From the NCBI GenBank assembly GCA_963762565.1, contig CAVXLD010000010.1, positions 224,001 to 288,000 on the forward strand: DNA of 64,000 bases, read 5' to 3'. Source of the stretch: an uncultured Verrucomicrobiae bacterium (GTDB lineage: Bacteria > Verrucomicrobiota > Verrucomicrobiia > Chthoniobacterales > JAFAMB01). The number at the start of each line of letters is the position of its first letter. Positions within the stretch are counted from its first letter, which is position 1. Of this stretch, positions 19,458 to 28,890 are shown piece by piece. A model generated the notes under the pieces. It searched no databases and was not told where the DNA came from. It was given only the letters and a program-made list of their open reading frames with translations. A program made the translations under genes and the position numbers.

Positions 19458-19530
19458 CGTCTATGGTCCCAAAGCTCATCACCACCACCAATCGCATATG
19501 CCCCCTCGACCACAGCCCACACGCCATTCG

Positions 19531-19893
19531 TCACGCCGTTTTGCGTTTGAAAGTGAGCGCGAGCCACCCACCCAACATTCCCAAACCTCCAAGGGGTGTA
19601 ATCGCTCCAATCCAAGGAATCTTCGTCAACGCCAGGAGATACAAAGAACCGCTAAAGAGAACAATACCGCCGAATATGAGCCAGAATGCTAGCCGCGGAA
19701 AGGGATCCCATCTGGAAATGACCAATAGGACAACCGCATGCACCAGATGATACAGCACGCCTGTTTGCCAGATCGAAAGCGTGCCCAGTGCATCCAACGT
19801 GGCGCGCAACGCGTGAGCCCCAAAAGCACCGCAAAAAACCGCAAAAAAGCCGCTCAGAGCCGCAACAGCCCTTGATAAATGATGATTCATCAT
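19531..19893 (-). CDS. DUF423 (YgdD/TMEM256) membrane protein
   Basis: GAFGAHAL, WQTGVLYHLVHA, LFSGSLY, GAITPLGG. Confidence 0.92.
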   Translation of the reverse strand: MMNHHLSRAVAALSGFFAVFCGAFGAHALRATLDALGTLSIWQTGVLYHLVHAVVLLVISRWDPFPRLAFWLIFGGIVLFSGSLYLLALTKIPWIGAITPLGGLGMLGGWLALTFKRKTA

Positions 19894-19925
19894 AAATATG
19901 CTCTCATTCTTAGGAGAGGGAAGAA

Positions 19926-20699
19926 ATGAAGAAGATAGGAGTCCTGGTCATGATGACCCTGGTTTCAATGGTGTCGTTTGCATCCGATGTCGAGTCGGCG
20001 CTCGAACAGGCCGACAAACTCGAGTCGCAAGGCGAGACCGAGTCCGCCATCCGTGTCTTGAAAGACGCGGACACGGCTTCACCGGAAAATGGTGAGATCG
20101 AAAAACGGTTGGCCCGCCTTTACGCGCGCAGAATCCAGGAGATCTCCGACCAGACCGAGAAGAAAACCGACGCGACCCTCGCGGTCGAGCTTGGTAAGAA
20201 GGCCGTCGCCAAGTTGCCCAACGACTCACAGGCGCATATTGGATTAGCCGCGGCCTACGGTCAGCTCTGTTGGTTCGTGGACGACAAGACCCGGGTCGAA
20301 TATTCCAAAGCAATTTATCAGGAGGTCAACAAAGGACTCGCGCTCGATCCGGACAGCGATTACGGGCACTTGGTTCTAGCGCGTTGGAATTTTGAGATGG
20401 CGACTCTGAATCCGGTATTAAAGGGTATCGCCGAGCTCGTCTACGGGCAGTTCCCACCCGCCTCAACTCAGGCCGCGATCGCCAATTTCAAGAAAGCCAT
20501 CGAACTGAACCCGAGTCGAGTCATTCACCACGCCGAATACGCTAAAGCTCTGGAAGCGCTAGGTGAGAAAGAGAAGGCGCGAGAAGAATGGACCAAAGTG
20601 ATCGAGCTCAAGGCCGTTGACGCTCAAGACCGATTATATCAGCGGATCGCAGCGGAACATCTGCACGAGAAAGCTCCAGCCCAAGCCGCCAGGGGCTAA
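19926..20699 (+). CDS. Secreted TPR protein
   Basis: Signal peptide MKKIGVLVMMTLVSMVSFA; TPR helices; paralog of 18461-19375. Confidence 0.85.
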   Translation: MKKIGVLVMMTLVSMVSFASDVESALEQADKLESQGETESAIRVLKDADTASPENGEIEKRLARLYARRIQEISDQTEKKTDATLAVELGKKAVAKLPNDSQAHIGLAAAYGQLCWFVDDKTRVEYSKAIYQEVNKGLALDPDSDYGHLVLARWNFEMATLNPVLKGIAELVYGQFPPASTQAAIANFKKAIELNPSRVIHHAEYAKALEALGEKEKAREEWTKVIELKAVDAQDRLYQRIAAEHLHEKAPAQAARG

Positions 20700-20719
20700 T
20701 CCGCAGAGGTTCCCGACCC

Positions 20720-20933
20720 AAGAAGGGATTATCCGCAGATTTCGCAGATTACGCAGATTTCGGTCTGAGGACTGCCGTACCGTGAGCTTCTTCAACACGC
20801 ACTGACAGGGAATGCTTTGAGAGGAATTGCCTCGAAAACGCTTGCTAAACAGGCGGCACCTTTGCTCTGCCACAGCGTAGTACCTCAAACCGAAATCTGC
20901 GTAATCTGCGTAATCTGCGGATAATCCCTTCTT
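20720..20933. repeat. Nonamer (CGCAGATTA) inverted-arm element
   Basis: 51-bp IR 20720-20770/20883-20933 with 2 mismatches; second copy at 43884-44106. Confidence 0.88.
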
Positions 20934-20936
20934 AAC

Positions 20937-21857
20937 CTATTTGCGGATGAGCATATAAGCGCCCAGGATTCTTTCTCGAATTGGCTCTGCGGACCGGGCA
21001 ATCTCTCGTTGCAACCGGACATACTGAGCCCGCCCATCTGCGGTCTCGATTGGGATCGGCTCGAATCCAAACTTTGTTAGATCGTAAGGGCTGGCTCGCA
21101 TGTCGAGTTCTCGAGCTGAATGCGCCAGCGCGAATGCGTCCGTCAAAAGCTCCGACTCGATCCAAGGCGCAATTTTATAGCAGAAGCGGTAGAGATCCAT
21201 ATTCACATGGACGCAAGCCGGTTGATCCATTTCCGTCGTGAGCCCGCGCTCAAGCAGCACCGAATTCCGGGGTTTCGCCCCCTCACTAAAGAAACGGAAA
21301 GCGTCGAAATGCGTGCAAGAGAGCTGTTGTGATTCCACAAAGCTATCCAGATCGGACCGGCTCAATCGTAGAGGCACTCCTTGATGTCGAATCGCCGGTT
21401 CCCGATAGACCATCGCCCACTCGTGGAGACCAAAGCAGCTAAAATTGGGCGCGCGGTCCGCGGTAGTGCTCAAAAATTTGATCGCCCAATCAACAAAGGG
21501 CAGCCGGTTAGCAGGGAACGCTGTGAGTCGCTGGCCCCGGCCGGCGCTTTCCCAGACACCGGCATCGCCCGTCATGTCTGCGCCTTCCAAAATCACCCCC
21601 GGCCCTGGAGACCACCGGAGCAGCTGCCCGGGACGAAATGAATAATATTCAAACAAAAAATCGTACACCGGATGCCGGGCGTGGCGCGATCGTCGCTCGA
21701 GAAAGGGATCTACCCAGGTCGAAACACGGGCCTGATGTTTTCTCGCGCGCTCCTGCCAAACCTCTTTCGGTAGAAACCGCTCTTCTCTACAGACTCCGTT
21801 TTCAGGGCTGACACCGCCCGCGTTTGTCTCGGTCTCGCCCAAAATCAATTCGTTCAT
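20937..21857 (-). CDS. Conserved uncharacterised protein of a family often labelled 3-methyladenine DNA glycosylase
   Basis: HPVYDFLFEYY, CFGLHEWAMVY, CTHFDAFRFF, QPACVHVNMDLY, DMRASPYD motifs recalled for this family; start moved to MNELILG. Confidence 0.75.
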   Translation of the reverse strand: MNELILGETETNAGGVSPENGVCREERFLPKEVWQERARKHQARVSTWVDPFLERRSRHARHPVYDFLFEYYSFRPGQLLRWSPGPGVILEGADMTGDAGVWESAGRGQRLTAFPANRLPFVDWAIKFLSTTADRAPNFSCFGLHEWAMVYREPAIRHQGVPLRLSRSDLDSFVESQQLSCTHFDAFRFFSEGAKPRNSVLLERGLTTEMDQPACVHVNMDLYRFCYKIAPWIESELLTDAFALAHSARELDMRASPYDLTKFGFEPIPIETADGRAQYVRLQREIARSAEPIRERILGAYMLIRK

Positions 21858-21879
21858 GCGCGCCAACAAAAACAGAGAA

Positions 21880-22040
21880 AAAATCTCACGCAAAGACCCA
21901 GCCTGCAACGCTTCGCGTGTCCTGTCCCATAAACAACGTGGCTGGGGCCAATGATCAGTCGTGGTCTTATCTTGGTGGCCTCCGTGATCTTGCTGTGAAC
22001 CTATCTGCCTTTGCGTCTTTGCGTCTTTGCGTGAGATTTT
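21880..22040. repeat. Octamer (TTTGCGTC) inverted-arm element enclosing a solo MITE end
   Basis: 18-bp IR AAAATCTCACGCAAAGAC 21880-97/22023-40; GTGTCCTGTCCCATAAACAACGT at 21917-39. Confidence 0.75.
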
Positions 22041-22049
22041 GGTTTCCGC

Positions 22050-22676
22050 ATGAGCTTGTCAGTTTACTTTGCCGGTGAGCTTTTCAACGCCAAACATTTA
22101 GCCGGTAACGCCGGACTCGCCGCTGCCATCCAGCGCCATTCCGACGGGCGATTTGTTTGTGTCCTGCCACAGACTCTGGAAAACCGGGAAGAGGGCGCCC
22201 ATTTCATCCGGGACGAAGACCTCGAACACCTAGTCTCCTCAGATATCGCGCTCTTCAATTTCGACGGTTCTGAAATCGATTCGGGCACCGTCGTAGAATT
22301 CCTGGTGGCAAAGTTCGCTGATATCCCGGCCCTCCTGCTACGTACTGATTTTCGGCGCGGCGGCGACCAAGGCCAAGAGCCCTGGAACCTCATGCTTAGC
22401 TTTTACCCGAGAACCACAACCTGCTGTCTTGACAGCATGGCTCTGTATAAGACCGCTTTGTCCGAAGGCCTAGATCCGGTTGGCGCGGCCGATCGGATGC
22501 TGGACCAGATCGCAACCCAAGTGATCCCAGAGCTAGATGCGCTCGCTCAGTCCAAACCAATTCTCCCAACGGAGCTTACCGACCCCGTCCACGATTGGTT
22601 GGTCCAATTCCCCGGTTTTCGTTCCCCAGAATCGATAACTCGAATTCGCCAAGCGCTACATCGCAAACGTCCTTGA
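22050..22676 (+). CDS. Nucleoside 2-deoxyribosyltransferase family protein
   Basis: VYFAGELF, LPQ, DSGTVVEF, TDFR, WNLM motifs. Confidence 0.8.
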   Translation: MSLSVYFAGELFNAKHLAGNAGLAAAIQRHSDGRFVCVLPQTLENREEGAHFIRDEDLEHLVSSDIALFNFDGSEIDSGTVVEFLVAKFADIPALLLRTDFRRGGDQGQEPWNLMLSFYPRTTTCCLDSMALYKTALSEGLDPVGAADRMLDQIATQVIPELDALAQSKPILPTELTDPVHDWLVQFPGFRSPESITRIRQALHRKRP

Positions 22677-22737
22677 AATTCCCGCCGCCGTCCACCAATC
22701 ACCTCTCACCAATCACCTCCCCTTCCTCCCCCTCCCC

Positions 22738-23832
22738 GTGCGCTACTTAATCGCTCCCGACAAATTCAAAGGAACTTTGTCCGCTCAGGAAGTGGGCCGC
22801 ATCATAGCCGAAGTCGCTCGCCAGCAAGACCCCGAAGCGAAGGTGGACATCCTCCCGATTGCCGATGGCGGAGAAGGCACCGCTGCTCTTTTGGCCGTGC
22901 AACTCGGGGCTCAGCCAAGGAGCATGGAAACCGTAGACGCGCTGGGCCGGCCCATCTCAGCGCAATATTTTGTTTCTCAAACTGAGGCCTTCCTCGACAT
23001 GAGCGCCGCTTCCGGTTTATCGCAGATCACCAGGAACGACCGGCAACCGCTGCGCTCAAATACAGTCGGTACCGGCATGATCGTCCGAGAACTGATCGAT
23101 GCCGGCTTAGCTCCGATCTACGTTGGACTTGGCGGAAGTGCGACCGTTGATGCCGGGATCGGGATGGCCGCCGCTCTGGGATACAAATTTCGCGATGCAA
23201 ATGGCCGGTTGTTGAAGCCCGTCCCCGAGCACTTCGCTGAAATCGCAAGCATCCAGAGGCCGAGCTTCGCTGAAACACCCGAGGTTGTGGGATTGGCCGA
23301 CGTGGAGACCAGATTGTTGGGGCCAATCGGTGCGATCTATACCTTCGGACCACAAAAAGGATTGAGTCCGGAACAAGTTCAGAGCTTGGATCATGAGCTG
23401 GCCAAATTCGTCGATCTAGTTCAACGCGAGCTGGGCGTAAATCATGCCGGCGTTTCGCGGGCGGGGGCTGCCGGAGGGTTGGGATACGGCATCATGACTT
23501 TTCTTAACGGGACGCTGGTCTCCGGTTTCGCAGTGGTAGCCGAACGATTAAAGCTGAAAGAACGGATCGCTGCCGCAGATATCGTGATTACTGGAGAAGG
23601 TAAACTCGACTCGCAATCGTTAGAAGGAAAAGGCCCGTTCGGAGTTGCCACAGCCGCCAAAGAGGCGGAAAAACCGGTCTGGGTTATCGCCGGCACCATT
23701 GAGCAACACCCGGGGATGCAATCTTATTTTGATCGAATGGTCGCCGTCGTCGGCGACGACATCACATTGGAAGGGGCCATGGCCCAGCCTGAGGAAAGCC
23801 TACGCAAACAGGCCGCCGGCTTGTGGACTTGA
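22738..23832 (+). CDS. Glycerate kinase (GlxK/GarK family)
   Basis: IAPDKFKGTL, ADGGEGT, GLGGSATVDAG, GAAGGLG, ITGEGKLDSQS. Confidence 0.93.
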   Translation: MRYLIAPDKFKGTLSAQEVGRIIAEVARQQDPEAKVDILPIADGGEGTAALLAVQLGAQPRSMETVDALGRPISAQYFVSQTEAFLDMSAASGLSQITRNDRQPLRSNTVGTGMIVRELIDAGLAPIYVGLGGSATVDAGIGMAAALGYKFRDANGRLLKPVPEHFAEIASIQRPSFAETPEVVGLADVETRLLGPIGAIYTFGPQKGLSPEQVQSLDHELAKFVDLVQRELGVNHAGVSRAGAAGGLGYGIMTFLNGTLVSGFAVVAERLKLKERIAAADIVITGEGKLDSQSLEGKGPFGVATAAKEAEKPVWVIAGTIEQHPGMQSYFDRMVAVVGDDITLEGAMAQPEESLRKQAAGLWT

Positions 23833-23846
23833 TAGTCGTCTGTTCG

Positions 23847-24245
23847 TTAAGTCTTCCTACCCTGTTCGGACATCAGTGCGAGAAGATGATGGTCCGGGTC
23901 ACGAAAAAACGCCATGTACAGATCGTGGTCAGGAAGTGACGCAACCAGATGCGCGTCCTGCTCAAAAGTCACGCCGCGCTTGGCGAGCACCTCAGCTGAC
24001 CGATGAATATCGGTGACTCGGAAATACAGTGTCGACGTCATTTTCTCCTCGGATCCACTCTGCGCGGCCGATCCCAGCATGATACGAACGGCGCCACATC
24101 GAAAGAAAGCCAAGCCCGGAGGCGCCGTAAAGAGAAGCGGCAATCCAAGCGCATCGCGATAGAACTTTATAGACCGATCAAGGTCGGCAACCGTCAGGGC
24201 AACCTGAGCAATTTCAATTAACTGCAAGTCGTCATTATTCGCCAT
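23847..24245 (-). CDS. VOC/glyoxalase family protein
   Basis: VADLDRSIKFYRDALGL, MAFFRDPDHH. Confidence 0.88.
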   Translation of the reverse strand: MANNDDLQLIEIAQVALTVADLDRSIKFYRDALGLPLLFTAPPGLAFFRCGAVRIMLGSAAQSGSEEKMTSTLYFRVTDIHRSAEVLAKRGVTFEQDAHLVASLPDHDLYMAFFRDPDHHLLALMSEQGRKT

Positions 24246-24255
24246 GAACCCGAGC

Positions 24256-25233
24256 TTATCGACCTATAGAAATCCCCGCTTCTTCAAAATTGCGAATTTG
24301 ACTGGGCTCTCGCCCATATTGCCGTAACGCGGAGGGAGAAAGCCCCGTAGCCTTTCTGAACAGAGAGCTGAAAGAACCAAGACTCTCAAACCCGACGCTG
24401 AAACAGATGTCAGTCACGCTTTGATTCGTTCTTTCGAGCAAAAACCTGGCTCGATCTAGCCGGCAACGAGTTAAGTACGCGTGCGGCGTCTCTCCGTAGC
24501 AGAGCTTGAAGACCCGGATGAAATGGTAGGGAGACAGGCAAGCTTCAGCCGCAATATCGTCTATACGGAGCCGTTGAGAGAGGCGGGCATGGATGATATC
24601 GCGCGCCCGGCTGATTCGGAGTCGAAGCTCGTGCCGAGTCGACGGCCGCAAGCTCGATAAAGCCAACGCTGCCGGATCGCGGTTGTCCTCGCTTCGCAGA
24701 AGTGTTTCCAACAAAAACCGCAATTTCTCCGCCAGTAGATTATCGGGTAGAGCGCCTTGCTTGTGCGCCCGTCTTAGGGCGAAGACCTCAGGCGAAACCA
24801 GTTCGTCATGCCTCGTCGTCCGGTCAAAGAAATGACACGCCTGACTCGATGACCTGCCTCCGCCCGGACTATCGAGGAGGCTGATCGCGCTGTTACGCAG
24901 GGTGTGCTGGACATCTTCTGCCCACCCGTTAGGGAACCAAATCACGAACGACTCCACCTGGGTGTTGGAATCGATGGCAATCGAGTAGGCTTGCCCCTCG
25001 TTCAAAACCAGATAGTTCGTCTCATCAACCGTGATTGCTCTCCTGCCCACGGTATATTGCGCGCATCCGTTGAACATCGTCTTCAGCGATAGAGGCGGAG
25101 CCTCTGACGAACCGAAATGCTGATATCCGCGAGCGGCCGTCAGGGTGTTCTTTTGCAGCTCTCCCTGCTGCCAGATCACTCGGAGCGGCTCTGCCAGGGG
25201 TGGCATCCGTTTCGCGTAGGAATAAGAATGCAT
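24256..25233 (-). CDS. AraC family transcriptional regulator
   Basis: C-terminal HTH IAAEACLSPYHFIRVFK...SVTDICFSVGFESLGSFS; upstream of the VOC gene. Confidence 0.9.
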   Translation of the reverse strand: MHSYSYAKRMPPLAEPLRVIWQQGELQKNTLTAARGYQHFGSSEAPPLSLKTMFNGCAQYTVGRRAITVDETNYLVLNEGQAYSIAIDSNTQVESFVIWFPNGWAEDVQHTLRNSAISLLDSPGGGRSSSQACHFFDRTTRHDELVSPEVFALRRAHKQGALPDNLLAEKLRFLLETLLRSEDNRDPAALALSSLRPSTRHELRLRISRARDIIHARLSQRLRIDDIAAEACLSPYHFIRVFKLCYGETPHAYLTRCRLDRARFLLERTNQSVTDICFSVGFESLGSFSSLFRKATGLSPSALRQYGREPSQIRNFEEAGISIGR

Positions 25234-25393
25234 GTTCTTAGCTGACTGCTGATTAAACGGCCTTGAATTATTTGCAATCGCAACTGAACCGTCAATCCGA
25301 GATCCCGCGACAAGACTCTCATTTAGAACGATTTCTTTGCTGCTGAACAACGACAGAAGCGGCAAACTAGTCTTACATGTAGCGCCCACTGCT

Positions 25394-27190
25394 ATGAAAC
25401 CTGAATTTGTCGCTCTAGGTCTAATCTTAGCGGGCGCTCTTTATCTCTTTTGGACCCAGAAATTGCGCACCGACATCACCGCACTGTTGGTGATGTTGAG
25501 CTTGGCAATTCCCTGGCCTCACGCCGACGGCAAATGGTTGGGAGTTCTAACGCCCCAAGAGGCATTCGCCGGCTTTGGTAGCGTTGCCGTTATCATGGTC
25601 ACCGCCATGTTTGTTTTCAGTGCTGCCCTGGTCCGCACTGGTGTCGCTGAAATGATCGGGGGACGTTTGTTCAGAGCGGCAGCTAGCAACGAGCTCCTTC
25701 TTCAGATCGCGGTTTTCACGGTGGCCACCGCTTGTTCCATGTTCATAAATGAGACCACGATTGTTCTCGTGTTCATGCCGGTCGTTTTGGGCGTGTGCAA
25801 AGAGCGCAACCTTTCCCCGTCCCGCTATCTCATGTGCGCCGCCTACGGGGCCGCTCTCGGCGGTCAATGGACCCTGATCGGCACCCGCAGCAATGTGATT
25901 ATCAGTGAGTTCTTTCGCCAACGTACCGGGCACCCCATCGGGTTTTTTGATTTCACACCCGTTGCTGCCACCGTTTTCGTTGGTTGTTCCCTTTACTTTT
26001 TTCTGGTCGCGCGCCGATTCCTGCCGGCGGCCGATGTCCAGTCGTTGGAGCAGGAACTCGGCAAGGAATACCTGAGCGAGGTAATGATTACGCCGCATTC
26101 AGCCACCGTCGGCTTAACCCTGGATCAGCTCGAATGGGCCAAACGCCAGGATGCCACTATCGTCGGGGTCATCCGAGACGGTGAAAGGATGCCGCCCAAC
26201 GGGTGGATGAAATTGCATGCCGGTGATGCCCTGATCGTTCAAGGCGCCGTGCCAACGATCGGCAGCTTGCTGAAATCTCCCGACTTTCATTTCTTGGAAG
26301 AAGTCAAGATCGGCGAGAAAGCCTTGCGCAGCTTAGACCTGATTACAGTCGAAGCCTTATTATCTCCCAACTCCCGATATACCGGGCGCACGATGCAGGA
26401 TACTAACTTCGGCCGAGATTACGGTTTCAGCGTGCTCGGTATTTCGCGGCATGGACAAACAATTCAGGAACGGCCCTCCGCTACTCAACTTGAGTATGGT
26501 GACTCTCTCCTCTTGCTTGGCCACAACTCGAACCTCGAGCGCCTTGAGCGCAATCCGAACTTGATTGTGCTAAACCAACGCCACTTCCCGACCACCGGAA
26601 AAACGCAAGCCGTCATTACGATGCTTCTGTTGCTCGGCATTATTTTGTCAGCTGTTACTGGCGCGCTCACCCCGGCGCTTTCGATTCCGATCGCGGCAGC
26701 CGCGGTTTTACTATTCAAGGTCGTGAAGGTCACAGATACGTATAAGTCTGTCGATTGGCCGGCGGTCGCTACCGTTGGCGGCATGATCTCCTTTGGGTTC
26801 GCTCTCGAAAAGACTGGGGCAGCTGCCGCCTTGGCCCACGCCATCGTCAGCAATTTCCAATGGGCGGGACCAACCTTGATTCTCGGGGCAATGCTGTTAT
26901 TTACCGTGACCCTAACCCAAATCATCGAAAACGCGGCCGTAGCCATCATTTTAGCGCCGATTGCCTACCAAATTGCGCGCGAAAGCAATACCGATCCAAA
27001 GCCGTTCATGATCGGGTTAGCCGTTTGCATTTCCACTTCCTTCTGCACGCCCGTGGCCCATGAAACCACGATGCTGGTTATGGGTCCGGGCCGCTATCGT
27101 TTTAAGCATTATCTGACGATGGGGGTCGGGATGGCGATTGTCGCCTGGTTAATCGCAACTTACGCGACGCCGTTGATCTGGAGATTCTGA
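25394..27190 (+). CDS. SLC13/DASS permease with two TrkA-C domains
   Basis: FINETT, GGQWTLIGTRSN, central TrkA-C repeats, C-terminal TM block with TPVAHETTMLVMGPGRY. Confidence 0.9.
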   Translation: MKPEFVALGLILAGALYLFWTQKLRTDITALLVMLSLAIPWPHADGKWLGVLTPQEAFAGFGSVAVIMVTAMFVFSAALVRTGVAEMIGGRLFRAAASNELLLQIAVFTVATACSMFINETTIVLVFMPVVLGVCKERNLSPSRYLMCAAYGAALGGQWTLIGTRSNVIISEFFRQRTGHPIGFFDFTPVAATVFVGCSLYFFLVARRFLPAADVQSLEQELGKEYLSEVMITPHSATVGLTLDQLEWAKRQDATIVGVIRDGERMPPNGWMKLHAGDALIVQGAVPTIGSLLKSPDFHFLEEVKIGEKALRSLDLITVEALLSPNSRYTGRTMQDTNFGRDYGFSVLGISRHGQTIQERPSATQLEYGDSLLLLGHNSNLERLERNPNLIVLNQRHFPTTGKTQAVITMLLLLGIILSAVTGALTPALSIPIAAAAVLLFKVVKVTDTYKSVDWPAVATVGGMISFGFALEKTGAAAALAHAIVSNFQWAGPTLILGAMLLFTVTLTQIIENAAVAIILAPIAYQIARESNTDPKPFMIGLAVCISTSFCTPVAHETTMLVMGPGRYRFKHYLTMGVGMAIVAWLIATYATPLIWRF

Positions 27191-27218
27191 GACAGCGTCC
27201 TTGCGATAGCGACAAAAG

Positions 27219-27575
27219 ATGAAAGCCCCCGCACCAAATAATGTCATCGAGATTCTCACGATCGATTTAAAGCCTGGCCGAAGGGATGAGTTTCATCGGC
27301 TCTACGTGAGCGAGGCTTTACCACTCCTGAAGAAATGGAATTTTGAAGTGTTGGCCCACGGTCCATCGCCGCACGACCAGAATAGTTATTATGTATTCAG
27401 GCAGTTCGAGAGCCTGGAAGAAAGGCAGCGATCCGAGGATGCGTTCTATAGCAGCGACGATTGGCAAAAAGGCCCTAGGAACCGCATGCTCGCCTTGGCA
27501 GATCATTTCGCTTATGCGGTTGTCTCTGCCACAACACTGATCGGGATCACGAGCGCCGCCGCTCAGAACCTTTGA
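27219..27575 (+). CDS. NIPSNAP family protein
   Basis: LKPGRRDEF, FESLEERQRSEDAFYSSDDW. Confidence 0.8.
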   Translation: MKAPAPNNVIEILTIDLKPGRRDEFHRLYVSEALPLLKKWNFEVLAHGPSPHDQNSYYVFRQFESLEERQRSEDAFYSSDDWQKGPRNRMLALADHFAYAVVSATTLIGITSAAAQNL

Positions 27576-27638
27576 CATAGCTCCAGTGTGAGCTTGTAAA
27601 TCGTCCAAGGCCCCACCCTTTCACCTTTCACCGGCCTT

Positions 27639-27667
27639 TTGCTCCTTTGACTGTTTGCTTCTAACTT
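27639..27667 (+). promoter_or_regulatory. Putative sigma-70 promoter giving a near-leaderless dinB mRNA
   Basis: TTGCTC-N17-TAACTT-N5-ATG; no Shine-Dalgarno visible. Confidence 0.4.
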
Positions 27668-27672
27668 TGTAA

Positions 27673-28722
27673 ATGCCGCGAAAGATCGTCCATCTCGATA
27701 TGGATTGTTTCTATGCGGCGATCGAGGTTCGTGATCACCCTGAGTTAGCCGGTAAGCCCGTTGCGGTCGGAGGCGCTCGAGATCGTCGAGGAGTATTGAC
27801 CACGTGCAACTACGAAGCGCGCGAGTTCGGGGTTCGTTCCGCCATGCCGACCTTCCAGGCGTTGCAGAAATGTCCGCACCTCATCGTCATGCCGACCCGG
27901 TTTGAGGTTTACCGGCGCGAATCAGCCAGGATTCGAGAGATCCTCCTGAAGTTCGCTCCCGTCATCGAGCCTCTCTCCTTGGACGAAGCTTTCCTCGACT
28001 TATCCGATCATCCCGGCGAAACCTCGGCGACCGTCGCCGTTATCCGACAATTGATCTGGCAAAAGACCCACCTGACCGCATCTGCAGGCGTTGCTCCCAA
28101 CAAAATGCTGGCGAAAATCGCCAGCGACTGGAAGAAGCCGAACGGCCAATTTGAGATCCGATCGGAGGATGTGTCCGAATTCATGGTCGAACTGCCCGTA
28201 AGACGTCTTTGGGGAATCGGACCAAAATCAGCAGAACGATTAGCTGAACTAGGCGTCAACACCTGCGGCGATCTGCAGCGCTATTCGCGGGTCGAATTGA
28301 TCGAGCAATTCGGTAAGTTCGGCCTCGAGCTCTTCTCGCTGTGCCGCGGGATCGATGATAGGCCGGTTACTCCGGATCGGATACGAAAGTCACTGAGCAG
28401 TGAACGCACCTTTCCTCACGACCTCACTTCCCTGGCCCAATGTGAGGCCAAAATTCCGGAGCTCTTTGAGGAGGTGATGGAGGACCTGAAAAAATCGGAG
28501 TCAACCGACCAAGTAAAATCCGCCTTTATCAAAATCCGATTCTCAGACTTCACCAGAACAACCGTCGAACGCGCCGGCTTGCCGTTAACCGTGGAGAATT
28601 TTCAAGCGCTACTCCGCCAGGGGCTAAGCCGTAAATCCCTGAACGTGAGATTGCTAGGTCTCGGAGTCCGGTTCCAAGAACCAGACTCCGAGGGCGCAAC
28701 CCAGCTGGAATTGCAGATCTGA
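27673..28722 (+). CDS. dinB: DNA polymerase IV
   Basis: HLDMDCFYAA, CNYEAREFGVRSAM, LSLDEAFLD, KIASDWKKPNG. Confidence 0.97.
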   Translation: MPRKIVHLDMDCFYAAIEVRDHPELAGKPVAVGGARDRRGVLTTCNYEAREFGVRSAMPTFQALQKCPHLIVMPTRFEVYRRESARIREILLKFAPVIEPLSLDEAFLDLSDHPGETSATVAVIRQLIWQKTHLTASAGVAPNKMLAKIASDWKKPNGQFEIRSEDVSEFMVELPVRRLWGIGPKSAERLAELGVNTCGDLQRYSRVELIEQFGKFGLELFSLCRGIDDRPVTPDRIRKSLSSERTFPHDLTSLAQCEAKIPELFEEVMEDLKKSESTDQVKSAFIKIRFSDFTRTTVERAGLPLTVENFQALLRQGLSRKSLNVRLLGLGVRFQEPDSEGATQLELQI

Positions 28723-28850
28723 CCGAACTCGCCTTAGGCTCGCTCGGAATAGCCGATAGCCAATAGCCAAATGGCGCGCTCGAAAGCTCCGCTCATTGGC
28801 TATCGGCTATTGGCTATTGGTCATTCGTCGACGAGCCTAAGGCGAGTCGG
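28723..28850. repeat. ACTCGCCTTAGGCTCG-ended element with AATAGCC heptamer arms
   Basis: 16-bp IR 28727-42/28832-47; sister copy at 57547-57808. Confidence 0.85.
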
Positions 28851-28890
28851 CGACTTGGCATTGCCTCCCAATCCATGACATTATCGGCCT

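Noticed and set aside
27600..27672. LexA/SOS box upstream of dinB (and uvrC)
   Set aside because: No good match to a TGTTC-N4-GAACA-type or CTGT-N8-ACAG palindrome; only half sites.
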